Part shown: piece by piece, positions 48,248 through 57,653 of the stretch
How the letters are laid out: the number at the start of each line of letters is the position of its first letter
Numbering within the stretch: position 1 is the stretch's first letter
IMG/VR virus record: IMGVR_UViG_3300046813_000058
Coordinates: 1-63,647 of that record
Direction: 5' to 3' (one strand)
Source: a virus
Lineage: Duplodnaviria; Caudoviricetes
Length of the DNA: 63,647 bases
Made by a program: the position numbers and the translations under genes
The notes under the pieces: model-generated
Told to the model about the DNA's origin: nothing
Database searches by the model: none
What the model saw: the letters and a program-made list of their open reading frames with translations, nothing else

Positions 48248-49287
48248 GTTGCCCCGGTCAGCGCGGCGACCTCGGCGTCGGTGGCGTCCTTCTCCTCGAG
48301 CGCGCTGAGGCGCTTGACCTCCGCGCGCAGCTTCGTGATCTGCGCGGCCTGGTCGACGACGGTGGCGATCCGTCGCGTCTCGAGGCCCTGCAGTTCATGG
48401 ACGGTCTTGGCCTGCGTCTCGTTGCGCTCCTCCAACGTGGCGATGCGCTCTTTCCTTTGGGCGAGTTGAGCGACGATCGTTTTGCGCTGCTCGATGGTCT
48501 CGCGCACGAGGTCAAGCCCACGTTGCCAGTCGATAGAGCCCGGCGCGTACCCCAGCGCGGCCGTGAGCTCGTCGCGCTTCGCCTTCCCCTGCGCCAGGTA
48601 CTCGCGGGTCTGATGCGCCGGGTCAGCTTCGAACTCTCGCCGCATGCGCTCGGCCAGCTTCACCGGGGACTCCTCGGCTACCAGCGGGCGACCATCCGGG
48701 TGCACGCCGGCCGCGGCCATCACGGCGTCGATGATCCACTCGGCGGCGCTCCATCCCGTGCGCGGAGCACCAGGATAGCGGGCGACGTTCGCCTCGATTA
48801 CGAGCGCCAGCGCCGCTTCGCGCGTCATCGCCTGCCCGAACAGCGCGGCGGCGCAGCGGACCCGGAGCGCGTCGTCGGCCTCGCCGGTGTGGTAGGGCCA
48901 GCCCTTGCGAGCCAGCCCGAGCGCGTCGGCCACCTCGTCGAGGTCATCGCCGGTCGACGTGGCGATCCGGTCCGCCGTCACCGGGACGTCGCGCATCGCG
49001 GCCAGCTTCCGCATGTCGTCGGCCAAGTCCTTCACGATCTCGTCCGTTGTGGGGGATTCGAGCTTCTTGACCCGGTCGCTCAGGTCCGCGACCGCACCGA
49101 GGAGCGCGCGATAGTCCGTCTTGTCGGTGGCGAGCAGCTCACCGGCGCGCTCGACGCGACCCCGCGTGTCCGCCAGCGCGACCGCGACCTGGTGCAGGTC
49201 GGCGACGGTCGTCGAGAGATCCTGGTAGCGCGAGGCGTGAAGATGTTCGATCAGGTTCGTGAGCATGTCATCGATCGATGTCGTCAT
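48244..49287 (-). CDS. Coiled-coil hypothetical protein
   Basis: ATG 6 nt after TATAAA; heptad-rich. Confidence 0.65.
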   Translation of the reverse strand: MTTSIDDMLTNLIEHLHASRYQDLSTTVADLHQVAVALADTRGRVERAGELLATDKTDYRALLGAVADLSDRVKKLESPTTDEIVKDLADDMRKLAAMRDVPVTADRIATSTGDDLDEVADALGLARKGWPYHTGEADDALRVRCAAALFGQAMTREAALALVIEANVARYPGAPRTGWSAAEWIIDAVMAAAGVHPDGRPLVAEESPVKLAERMRREFEADPAHQTREYLAQGKAKRDELTAALGYAPGSIDWQRGLDLVRETIEQRKTIVAQLAQRKERIATLEERNETQAKTVHELQGLETRRIATVVDQAAQITKLRAEVKRLSALEEKDATDAEVAALTGAT

Positions 49288-49305
49288 GGGATGTTTATAG
49301 CACAA

Positions 49306-50193
49306 CTACCGGGCGTCGTGCGCGCGACCGTCAAGAATCGGCAGGTGGACCGTCTTGCCGCTGCCGTTCCACTGCTTGAAGTGAAATGCCACGCCGTGCC
49401 GCAGCGCCGCCTCACGCGCAGTGCGCACCCAGTCGAGCTGTGCCGGCCGGCGGTTCGGCCCGCTCTCGTCTCCAACGATCAGCCAATGGATCAGACGATC
49501 ATGGCGAACCTCGGCAACGCGAGAGTCCAGCGCCTTGGCCCATGCCTCCGCCGGGATGTGCTCCAGCAGCGGTTCGGCCGAGATCCCTCGGCGTATTGCC
49601 GGCGTCCGGCGCAGGATCGCCGCGCGGCGCAGCAGCTGCTCCGTGTTCTCGCCGGTCACCATGAGGGTGACGTTGGGGTATGGCTCGCTGGCCTCCGCCC
49701 TACCAGACCCGCCGCAGTTGACGCATTTGCCGCCCTGCTCGCAGGTGTCCACGCCGGACCCTGGCGGCTTGCACCAGCTGCAGACCTTGCCCGTCCACGG
49801 CAGCAGCGCCGCGAAGTTCTCCGGCCGCTTCGACAGCATGAGCCAGTCCAGCCACGCCGTCTCCTCGATCAACCGCCACAGCCGATCGCGGGCCTCGTTC
49901 TGCCGCTCGCGAACCTCGGGCACCTGGTGGATCTCCGCCCAGTCCGCCATCGAGCTGCAGAACACGCTCGCGCGCACACCGGCCTTCTCCGCCGCAGCGT
50001 TCCAGGCCAGCGGCTTGCGCCAGTACGCGTCACCAAAGAATCGGCGCGGTGCCGTCGGGCCCCAGTGCTCTCCACCGAGCCGGTGATCGAAAGCCTCGGC
50101 ATAACAAGCGTCGCACCCGGCTGAGACCTTGTCGCAGCCCCACCAGATGTTCCAAGTGTGGTCACACCACGAGATCTGCGTCTTCTCTCCCAT
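49306..50193 (-). CDS. DUF5131 (phage Gp37/Gp68) radical-SAM-like protein
   Basis: TQISWCDHTWN.WWGCDKVSAGCDACYA, VFCSSMAD, LSKRP, SAEPLL, WLIVGDESG, FHFKQW. Confidence 0.9.
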   Translation of the reverse strand: MGEKTQISWCDHTWNIWWGCDKVSAGCDACYAEAFDHRLGGEHWGPTAPRRFFGDAYWRKPLAWNAAAEKAGVRASVFCSSMADWAEIHQVPEVRERQNEARDRLWRLIEETAWLDWLMLSKRPENFAALLPWTGKVCSWCKPPGSGVDTCEQGGKCVNCGGSGRAEASEPYPNVTLMVTGENTEQLLRRAAILRRTPAIRRGISAEPLLEHIPAEAWAKALDSRVAEVRHDRLIHWLIVGDESGPNRRPAQLDWVRTAREAALRHGVAFHFKQWNGSGKTVHLPILDGRAHDAR

Positions 50194-50228
50194 CCGCCGT
50201 TTATAGCTCATCTACGCCACAAATACAA

Positions 50229-50253
50229 ACGCCCCGGTGGGGTTCCGGGGCGT
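50229..50253 (-). terminator. Rho-independent terminator
   Basis: ACGCCCCGG-loop-CCGGGGCGT followed by TTGTATTT on minus strand. Confidence 0.6.
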
Positions 50254-50271
50254 AGGCTGGCTGCGGGTAGG

Positions 50272-50613
50272 CTACGGGGTGGGGGTCGGGGTGTTCGCCA
50301 CGATGGCCGCGGCGAGCGCGTCCGCCGAGGTCTTGAGCGTCGCCGAGAGCGCCAGGCTCTTGGTGCGGTCACCGGCGGCGTCGGCGACCTGCGCGGCAAT
50401 GCCCTGGATCAGGGTAAGTGCCGACTGCTCGACCGTGAGGGTCTGGGTGACCTGTGCGGAAAGCGTGTCCATTTCTGCAGACATGATCTGACTCCTTGCA
50501 AAGAGGGCTGAGAGCAGGCCGGTTTGTTCTTGCTGCTCGAGCTCGATCTTGGTGAGCTGCGCGCGCGTCGCGGTCAGCTGTGCCATGACGTCGCTCAGGG
50601 TCGGTGCGGCCAT
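50272..50613 (-). CDS. Coiled-coil hypothetical protein (alternative start 50484 with AAGGAG)
   Basis: LSAQVTQTLTVEQSALTLIQGI...AAAIVANTP. Confidence 0.6.
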   Translation of the reverse strand: MAAPTLSDVMAQLTATRAQLTKIELEQQEQTGLLSALFARSQIMSAEMDTLSAQVTQTLTVEQSALTLIQGIAAQVADAAGDRTKSLALSATLKTSADALAAAIVANTPTPTP

Positions 50614-50644
50614 GCGCCACCCTGCCATAGTCCGCAGGCAAACG

Positions 50645-51058
50645 CTACAGCGCGGTCACGAGGATCGTGACCCCGATGGGGGCGCCCATGGTGGTCCGCT
50701 TGGTCGCGCGCAGGTCGTCCACTTGCTCGTCATCGATCCACACGATTCCCGTCATCGCGTCGAGGCACGAGCGTGCCAACTTGTCCGCGTCCCGCCGATT
50801 CTTCCGCGTGCGGTCGGGCGGCGCCGCGAGCGTGAAGTCCAGCGCCACCGCGTACCGGCGCGAGTCCGGCTGCGGGTGGCGCGCGGTCAACATGGCGGCT
50901 TTCGCAGCCCAGCCCACCGCCTCCGCCCATGCGTGCTCGCGCGGGTTGTCGGCGCGGACGCGCCCGCCGCCGATTGGGACCCACGAGCCCTTGGTCTCGG
51001 GCATGCCGGACACCCAGAATGTCGCGGTGCGGAACGGGACGAGCGCGCCGCGAATCAC
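50645..51058 (-). CDS. rusA: RusA-family Holliday junction resolvase
   Basis: GMPETKGS, DADKLARSCLDAMTGIVWIDDEQV. Confidence 0.9.
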   Translation of the reverse strand: MIRGALVPFRTATFWVSGMPETKGSWVPIGGGRVRADNPREHAWAEAVGWAAKAAMLTARHPQPDSRRYAVALDFTLAAPPDRTRKNRRDADKLARSCLDAMTGIVWIDDEQVDDLRATKRTTMGAPIGVTILVTAL

Positions 51059-51264
51059 CGGCGGACCTTGGACGTCACCAGGCGATGCAGGTGCTGATAC
51101 GCCAGGTCACATGACCGAGCGTCGCCACCGAGCTGCGCCTCGGAGCATGCCACCGCCGCCGCCGCGATCTCCAGGAGCGCCGGCGCGGCGTCGCGAAGGC
51201 GGTGCACCCCATACAGCAGCACGTTGCGCTGCAGCTCCGCGATGCTCGGCCGGTCGTCGCTCAC
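51055..51264 (-). CDS. Hypothetical protein, paralog of 2767-3231 C-terminus
   Basis: GGAGG RBS; SDDRPSIAELQR...AAPALLEIAAAA...KVRR. Confidence 0.6.
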   Translation of the reverse strand: MSDDRPSIAELQRNVLLYGVHRLRDAAPALLEIAAAAVACSEAQLGGDARSCDLAYQHLHRLVTSKVRR

Positions 51265-51557
51265 GGAACGCACCTCCAGCCGTACGCCAAGCTCTGATCG
51301 ACGCGCCCGCCGGATTCGCGGCAGGCGTCGCGCGCGCGGCACTGCTGCACCGCGGACACGAGGACGATCGTCGCCACGAATGCGACGCCGATCGAGACCA
51401 TGCCCGGGATGATGTCCGGCCGGCGCTTCACAGGCACCTCACCACGATGGAGACCCACCACAGGGTGAGCGCGCCCATTGCGACGTAGTACATCAACCAG
51501 AGCAGCCGTCCCTTGCGTTCGCTCATACCCAGTTTATCGCACGGCTACGAGTCGGCG

Positions 51558-52274
51558 TCAAGCCTTGCAGAGCGCGTGCAGCGCGGCGATCCCGCCCGGC
51601 AGCGTGATTGCCGAGATGTCGACGTCCCCCGCGCCTGGCGCCGAGGTCGGGTACCCGCTCGGTACCGCGGACGTCCCGCCGGCCTCGCGGTACTGCCAGA
51701 GCAGCAGGTGCTCGAGGTCAGTTCCGGTCCGCGCCAGGAAGGCCGCCGTGCTCTCGCCTTGCGCGTTGAGGTGCGCGCCGTACAGCGCGATCGCTGAGAG
51801 CGCGCAGCCAAGCCGGTCGGCGATCCCCAGGCTCCGCAGCAGCTCGCCGCCGTAGAGCGTCGCCCGGCGTCCGGTGAGCTCGAAGTATCGGTTGGCGAAC
51901 GTCACCACGCGGTCCTCGGCCAGCGCGCGGCTCGGGCTCCGGATCCGCTGGCCGCCGCGCTCCACGTCCACCATCATCGGCAGCGTGTTGGCCCGGCGTC
52001 CGCCCGCGCTGGTCACTGCGTAGTCCGCCTGTGCCGCGCCGTCGATCCCGAAGTCGAGGTAGTGGTACGCGCCCTCGAAGTGGTCGGGTCGCGAGCCGGC
52101 CGAGCGCAGGAACTTGGCGCGCTCGCTCACGTAGGCCCCGGGGCGATAGTACGTGCCCTGCGAGCACTTGAAGATGGCCACGTGCCACGGCGGTCCGGCT
52201 GCGCAGAACAAGGCCCAGTTCTTCGGGCCATCGCCGGGGTACACGTCCACCGCGAGAGGTTGGAGATTTGTCAT
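51558..52274 (-). CDS. GH25 lysozyme (endolysin)
   Basis: VDVY, KCSQG, GAYHY, MVDVE, LLWQY, GDVD. Confidence 0.85.
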   Translation of the reverse strand: MTNLQPLAVDVYPGDGPKNWALFCAAGPPWHVAIFKCSQGTYYRPGAYVSERAKFLRSAGSRPDHFEGAYHYLDFGIDGAAQADYAVTSAGGRRANTLPMMVDVERGGQRIRSPSRALAEDRVVTFANRYFELTGRRATLYGGELLRSLGIADRLGCALSAIALYGAHLNAQGESTAAFLARTGTDLEHLLLWQYREAGGTSAVPSGYPTSAPGAGDVDISAITLPGGIAALHALCKA

Positions 52275-52334
52275 GCCAGCATGATAGCATTCTGGCCAGT
52301 TTACCGCTATGGTATGCGGTCAAAGAGGTGACAC

Positions 52335-52697
52335 ATGGCAAAGCCGGACGATGAAGACTTCGATTTCAGCAAGTTCCTGGAGGAGTTCGGGCACGGTGCC
52401 ACGAACAGGCAGGCGTCCGACCGGCTGCGCAAGCTGGTCTCCGCGTGCCAGGAAACCGGGCGCAAGGGCAAGATGGTGATCACCTTCGAGGTCGCCGCCG
52501 GGGCCGGCCCAGGCGCACTCGCCGAGCTCCGCGCGTCCATCAAGACCACCGAGCCCCAGCCGAACCTCCCCGGGGACACCTACTACGTGACCGAGGGCGG
52601 CGCGCTGGTCACCGACGACCCGCGCCAGCAGAACCTGCCGCTCAAGGCCATTCCGATCAACCCCCTCACCAGCATCAAGCCAAAGGAGCCCTCGTGA
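52335..52697 (+). CDS. Conserved phage protein partnering DUF2303
   Basis: V.AC.ETGRKG..., YVTEGG.L..DDPRQ. Confidence 0.7.
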   Translation: MAKPDDEDFDFSKFLEEFGHGATNRQASDRLRKLVSACQETGRKGKMVITFEVAAGAGPGALAELRASIKTTEPQPNLPGDTYYVTEGGALVTDDPRQQNLPLKAIPINPLTSIKPKEPS

Positions 52698-53545
52698 ACG
52701 ATCAGAACGTCACCGACACCGCCGCAGCCATCGAGGCAGGCATCGCATCTGCCACCGCCAACAACCGATGGGCGCTGGTCGAGCATCCCAGCGACAGCAA
52801 CATCGCGATCCCGCTCGGCATCGTCAACAACGGCGCCATCGTCGTGATGGACGGCGTGCTCGCCGAGCTCGACAAGCGCTGGCGGGACCGGCCGCGCACC
52901 GGCACCACCGCGCTGACCGAGGTCGACAGTTTCATCGCTCACCTCGTGCGCTGGGGCAGCGAGGACACCGTGGTCTATGCCAACACCGCCGCGATGGCGT
53001 TCGAGGCCGTACTGGACGACCACCCGCCGGACGACCACACCGCCGCCGCGCGCCAGCACCGCGCGAGCTATACCTGCCCGCGGTCTGCCGAGTGGCTCGC
53101 GTGGACCGTGCTCGACGGCAAGCCGATGGGCCAGATCGCGTTCGCCGACTTCATCGAAAGCCGGCTGGAGGACCTGATCGACCACGAGGGCTTCCCGCGT
53201 CCGCTCGACGTGCTCCAGGTCGGGCGCGCGCTGAACATCTCGACCAAGGGCACGTTCCAGCGCGAGATCAATCCGACCAACGGGGATTCGATCTTCGTCT
53301 GCAAGACGGAGACGGACGCCAAGTCGACGCAGATCCCGCGCGCGTTCATGCTCGGAATCCCTGTGTTCGAGGGCGGCACTCGCTACCAGGTCGAGGCCCG
53401 CGTGCGGTTCGCCCTGATCGAAGGCCGGCCGTCGTTCTCATTCACCCTGCACCGGCGCGCGGAGGTCGAGCGCGACGCGTTCGGCGAGGTCCGCGCGAAG
53501 GTCGCGAAGGACACCGGCCGACTCGTGCTCGCAGGCACCCCATGA
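52694..53545 (+). CDS. DUF2303 (YfdQ-like) protein
   Basis: SFIAH, AVLDDH, S.EW..W, Q..FADFIE, IPVFEGG. Confidence 0.85.
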   Translation: MNDQNVTDTAAAIEAGIASATANNRWALVEHPSDSNIAIPLGIVNNGAIVVMDGVLAELDKRWRDRPRTGTTALTEVDSFIAHLVRWGSEDTVVYANTAAMAFEAVLDDHPPDDHTAAARQHRASYTCPRSAEWLAWTVLDGKPMGQIAFADFIESRLEDLIDHEGFPRPLDVLQVGRALNISTKGTFQREINPTNGDSIFVCKTETDAKSTQIPRAFMLGIPVFEGGTRYQVEARVRFALIEGRPSFSFTLHRRAEVERDAFGEVRAKVAKDTGRLVLAGTP

Positions 53546-53778
53546 AGACGTGCCAAGTACCCGTCTGCGGCAAGCTGGCGACGTTTCACTCGTGGCCGGC
53601 GAATGCAGTCCACCCCGACGAGGGCGGCATGCAGACCTGCGACGAACATCTGGTCGAAGGCATGTCGAACCTTCCTGGTCAGCCGGATCCGGAACACTGG
53701 CGCGTGTTCCCGATTCACGAAGGCTCGCCGCCGTACTGCCTGGCATCGTGCCCGACGTGCCACCCGGTGGTGCCGTGA
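53542..53778 (+). CDS. Small Cys-rich hypothetical protein
   Basis: Coupled; CQVPVC...CDEH...CPTC. Confidence 0.5.
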   Translation: MKTCQVPVCGKLATFHSWPANAVHPDEGGMQTCDEHLVEGMSNLPGQPDPEHWRVFPIHEGSPPYCLASCPTCHPVVP

Positions 53779-54026
53779 AGCCCGCATCGCCGGTGCTCGT
53801 CGGGTGCCCCCAGATCATCATCGCCAAGGACCAACCGCCCTACACCCCGATCAGCGCCGTCGTGGTAGACCAGGACACCATCATGACCCGCTGGCGGCTG
53901 TCCTGGTGGGAGCGGGTGGTGGTCCTGTTCCGCGGTAACGTCTACCTCTACGTGATGACCTTCGGCAAGCCGCTCCAGCCGCTCGCGATGCAGGCCGTCA
54001 AGCCGCAGATCGAGCGCACCCCGTGA
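53775..54026 (+). CDS. Hypothetical protein
   Basis: AKDQPPY.P...RWRLSWWER...TFGKPLQP. Confidence 0.6.
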   Translation: MKPASPVLVGCPQIIIAKDQPPYTPISAVVVDQDTIMTRWRLSWWERVVVLFRGNVYLYVMTFGKPLQPLAMQAVKPQIERTP

Positions 54027-54208
54027 ACCGCCACGAGCGCGCAGCCCTGGCGCGCGGCGCGGTCGCGGTGACGCTCGGGTTCGTCCCGTTCGCCGCGCTC
54101 GGCTACTGGGTCAGCTGGTGGCTCGCTGGCGGCCTGTTCGCAGCCGGCGTGGTCAGCGCGGGCTGGTGGTTCATCCGCTCGACGCCGGCGCAGATGAGGC
54201 CGTGGTGA
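54023..54208 (+). CDS. Small membrane protein
   Basis: Two hydrophobic segments. Confidence 0.55.
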   Translation: MNRHERAALARGAVAVTLGFVPFAALGYWVSWWLAGGLFAAGVVSAGWWFIRSTPAQMRPW

Positions 54209-54735
54209 AGCTCCGGTCCATCATCTCCGGCGGTCAGACCGGCGCCGACCGTGGCGCGCTCGACGCCGCAAGGGATGTCGGGCTGCATCGTGGCGGGTGG
54301 GCTCCGCTTGGCTGGCGCGCAGAGGACGGCATGATCCCGATCGAGTACCGCGACGGCATGCAAGAGAGCGCGTCGGCCGCGTACCCCGTTCGCACCCGGC
54401 AGAACATCGAGGCGAGCGATGGCACGCTGGTCGTATCGCTCGGCGAGCTGACAGCCGACAGCGGCAGCATGCTCACCTCCAAGCTGGCACGCAAGCTCGG
54501 GAAGCCCTGCCTCGCGCTGACGGTCGACCGCCTCGAGCTGTCGGTTGGTCGCGCGATCGTGCGTGGCTGGCTCGAAGGCGCCAGCATCGTGACGCTCAAC
54601 GTGGCCGGGCCCCGAGAGAGCCGAGAGCCCGGGATCCAGGCTGCGACGCGCGCGGTGCTCGCCAAGATGATCGCCGAGTGGTGGGCTGCCGACGTCCGAC
54701 TCAAGGCGCTGCATGCCTTGACCGACCATCGGTAG
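54205..54735 (+). CDS. YpsA/molybdenum-carrier-like SLOG protein
   Basis: IISGGQTGADRGALD, GGWAP.G..AEDG, RTRQN...SDGT, LNVAGPRES. Confidence 0.85.
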   Translation: MKLRSIISGGQTGADRGALDAARDVGLHRGGWAPLGWRAEDGMIPIEYRDGMQESASAAYPVRTRQNIEASDGTLVVSLGELTADSGSMLTSKLARKLGKPCLALTVDRLELSVGRAIVRGWLEGASIVTLNVAGPRESREPGIQAATRAVLAKMIAEWWAADVRLKALHALTDHR

Positions 54736-54773
54736 CTCTTGACTTCACGTAGCCGTGCGGTAAACTGTGCGGC

Positions 54774-54989
54774 ATGAACGGAAATGACATTCGGGCAATC
54801 GCCGTCCTGTCACGATCGGATCGTGTGGTTCTGGCGAATGAGATCGACGCTCTCGACGCGTGGCGCGACGCTGTCTGTTCGGACAGCCAGGCCGGGCATG
54901 GCTGCGAGGATGGCCACGAGGACTCCTGCCCCGTGGAGATCGCGCGCAAGGCGCTGATCGCAGCCTCTGACCGGCGGCTCGCGCTGTGA
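54774..54989 (+). CDS. Hypothetical protein
   Basis: Behind promoter TTGACT-16 bp-TAAACT (54739-54766). Confidence 0.55.
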   Translation: MNGNDIRAIAVLSRSDRVVLANEIDALDAWRDAVCSDSQAGHGCEDGHEDSCPVEIARKALIAASDRRLAL

Positions 54990-56143
54990 CCCTCACACCC
55001 GACCAGCTGGCCATGCGCCTGCGCGGAATCACCGCCACCGACTGCGCCGCGATCGCCGGCGTCCACCCCGAGCGCTCGCCGATCGATGTATTCCGCGAGA
55101 AGCGCGGCGAGGCGGCCCCGTTCGACGGCAACAAGCGCACGAAGTGGGGCAACCTGCTCGAGCCTGTCGTGCGCACCGACTACGAGGAGCGCACCGGCCT
55201 GCGCATCGAGGTCCCCGGCACGCTGGAGCACCCGGACGCGCCATGGATGCTCTGCACCCCGGACGGCGTCGGGTACAAGGATATCGACCCCGAGCGCGGC
55301 CTCGAGATCAAGTGCCACACCGTGCGGCTCGCCCACCTCTATGGGGCACCCGGGTCCGACGAGGTCCCGGCGTACGTCCTCGTGCAGTGCGTGTGGTGCA
55401 TGGCGGTCACCGGGCTGATCCGATGGGACGTGGTCGCCTTCATCGACGGCCAGCCGAACGACTACATCATCGACCGCGACGACGAGCTGATCGGCATCCT
55501 GCGCGAGCGCGCGGAGCGGTTCCTGCTCGACAACGTGCGCGGCGGCGCGGTTCCGGATCCAGACGGGTCGGAGAGCTTCGATGCGTGGCTCAAGGCGCGC
55601 CACGAGAAGAACTCGGACGCGCTCATCGAGCTCCAGGCCGACGCGGACCGCGAGTTGCTGGCGCTGATCGACCGCGCCAAGGAGCTGCGCGAGCAGGGAA
55701 CCGACATCGAGCGCGAGCTGGTGACGATCGGCCAGCAGCTCAAGCTTCGGATCGGTGCCGACGCCGGCCTGACCTGGCCAGATGCGAAGGGCAGGCCGCA
55801 GAAGATCACGTGGAAGCGCAACAAGTCGTCGCGCAAGATCGACTACGTCGGCATCGCGAACGACGCGCGGGCCGATGCCAGGATGGCGCTGTCCGCGAAG
55901 CGGGCCGACATCGAGCGGGCAAAGATTTGCCTGCAGGTCATGGGTGAGCACACGCCGGTCGGCCCGAATTCGCGCGCAGCGATGACCGCCGGGGAGATCC
56001 GTGAGCTCGTTTCTGTGCTACAAACGTCGCTCGGAGAAATCGTGTCGCGGACGGACGCGGCGTACACCCACGAAATGCCAGGTAACAGACCTCTCGTGTG
56101 GCCGCGGGGTTGGCCCGCGCAGAAATCCAAGGAGCAGGAATGA
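54986..56143 (+). CDS. YqaJ-like viral recombinase/exonuclease
   Basis: R.RGITATD..AI.G, WGNLLEP, TPDG, LEIK, Y..Q..W.M.VTG. Confidence 0.9.
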   Translation: MTLTPDQLAMRLRGITATDCAAIAGVHPERSPIDVFREKRGEAAPFDGNKRTKWGNLLEPVVRTDYEERTGLRIEVPGTLEHPDAPWMLCTPDGVGYKDIDPERGLEIKCHTVRLAHLYGAPGSDEVPAYVLVQCVWCMAVTGLIRWDVVAFIDGQPNDYIIDRDDELIGILRERAERFLLDNVRGGAVPDPDGSESFDAWLKARHEKNSDALIELQADADRELLALIDRAKELREQGTDIERELVTIGQQLKLRIGADAGLTWPDAKGRPQKITWKRNKSSRKIDYVGIANDARADARMALSAKRADIERAKICLQVMGEHTPVGPNSRAAMTAGEIRELVSVLQTSLGEIVSRTDAAYTHEMPGNRPLVWPRGWPAQKSKEQE

Positions 56144-57435
56144 CCGACGACGAACAGTACGACACCGACGAGCCAGCCGGCGCGCTCACCACGCAGCGCG
56201 GCAACAACCAGATCGCCCGCCAAGACTTCCAGGGCGGCAGCCTCGCTACGGTGAACGGGGCGATCGAAGCGATGGTCGCCAAGAGCCGCGCCGAGGTCGA
56301 GGCCGCGTGCATCATGGCCAAGCGCTGGCCCCGCAACCCGGACCAGGTCCGCCAGGACCTGATCGCAGAGTGCAAACGGCCCGGGTTCGCCGCGGTGGCG
56401 ATCTACAGCCTGCCGCGTGGTGAGAAGAAGATCGAGGGGCTCTCGATCCGCTTCGCCGAGGTCGCGATGCGGTGCTCGGGCAACATGTCCGCGTCGAGCG
56501 AGACCATCTACGACGACCCGGCCGTGCGCTGCATCCGGGTCAAGGTGGTGGACTACGAACGCAACAGCATGTGGCAGACCGACATCACCATCAACAAGAC
56601 CGTCGAGCGCCGGCAGCTCAAGCGCGGGCAGAAACCGCTCGGCGAGCGCATCAACTCGTACGGGGATCGCGTGTTCATCGTCGAGGCTACCGACGACGAC
56701 GTGCGCACCAAGCAGAACGCCGAGATCAGCAAGGCGAGCCGCACCGGCATCCTGCGCATCATCCCCGGCCACCTGCAGGACGAGGCCAGGAGGCTCTGCA
56801 AGGCCACGGTGAGCAAGGCCGATGCCGCGGACCCGGCGGCGGCGCGTGACAAGCTGTTCGACGCGTTCGGCTCGATCGGCGTCAAGCCCGCCGCGCTGGA
56901 GCAGTGGCTCGGGCACAGCACCGACACGATCAGCCCGGCCGAGCTCGACGACCTGCGCGGGCTGTTCGCGGCGATCCGCGACGGCGAGACCACGTGGGCC
57001 GATGCGCTCAAGGAGGTTGCGGCGGAGGGCGAGGTCAAGCCGGCAGCGAAGCCCGCGACCAACGGAGGCGCTCCGCCGGCGCCCGCGGCTGCCCCGCAAG
57101 GTCCGCCGCCCGGTGTTCCGCCGGTTCCAGCCGAGCCGGCCAAGCCGCGTGAGCCCACCCCGCCGGCCGACCTTCCGCGCACCGGGCCGCGCACCAGCTC
57201 GGGCAAGGGCACCGCCGCGCTCAAGGGCGCCCTGACCAGCAAGCCGGCCCCCGCCGCGCCGCCGCCCGTGCAGCAGGCGATGCCGATGGCCGACCTGCCC
57301 CCCGGCACCCCGCCCCCGTCGGAGGGCAACGAGTACCGCACCTGCGCGGGCTGCTCGGACACGATCGAGGTCCCGAAGACGGACATGGCCGGCGCACTCT
57401 GCGATGCCTGCTCGTCCGCGGGCCGCGGCGAGTAG
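56140..57435 (+). CDS. Putative single-strand annealing protein
   Basis: Coupled to YqaJ; YSLPRG...IEGLSIRFAE; Pro-rich tail and terminal CxxC...CxxC. Confidence 0.5.
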   Translation: MTDDEQYDTDEPAGALTTQRGNNQIARQDFQGGSLATVNGAIEAMVAKSRAEVEAACIMAKRWPRNPDQVRQDLIAECKRPGFAAVAIYSLPRGEKKIEGLSIRFAEVAMRCSGNMSASSETIYDDPAVRCIRVKVVDYERNSMWQTDITINKTVERRQLKRGQKPLGERINSYGDRVFIVEATDDDVRTKQNAEISKASRTGILRIIPGHLQDEARRLCKATVSKADAADPAAARDKLFDAFGSIGVKPAALEQWLGHSTDTISPAELDDLRGLFAAIRDGETTWADALKEVAAEGEVKPAAKPATNGGAPPAPAAAPQGPPPGVPPVPAEPAKPREPTPPADLPRTGPRTSSGKGTAALKGALTSKPAPAAPPPVQQAMPMADLPPGTPPPSEGNEYRTCAGCSDTIEVPKTDMAGALCDACSSAGRGE

Positions 57436-57482
57436 CGTCGTTTTGCTCTTGCATCGCTGAGTAGCGGTGCTATAAACAGAGC

Positions 57483-57653
57483 ATGCCCATCAAGACCCCG
57501 CACAAGCTCCACCGTCGCCATGTTGGACCGCTCACCCAAGCGCCGTTCCCGGCCGCTGTTCCGCAGTACCAGACCGGCGCGCGGCACGGTCAGCAGCTCG
57601 CGCTGATCCACCGCTGCACCGTTGTCCTGCCTCGTCTTGCGGAGGCATCGTGA
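57483..57653 (+). CDS. Small hypothetical protein (56 aa)
   Basis: ATG 6 nt after TTGCAT-16 bp-TATAAA (57449-57476); coupled to next gene. Confidence 0.5.
   Translation: MPIKTPHKLHRRHVGPLTQAPFPAAVPQYQTGARHGQQLALIHRCTVVLPRLAEAS

Noticed and set aside
49306-50193. DUF5131 or GP88-like proteins as maturases for the Cys-rich peptides
   Set aside because: Both are common phage families, are not adjacent to the precursors, and show no recognisable RRE or SPASM domain
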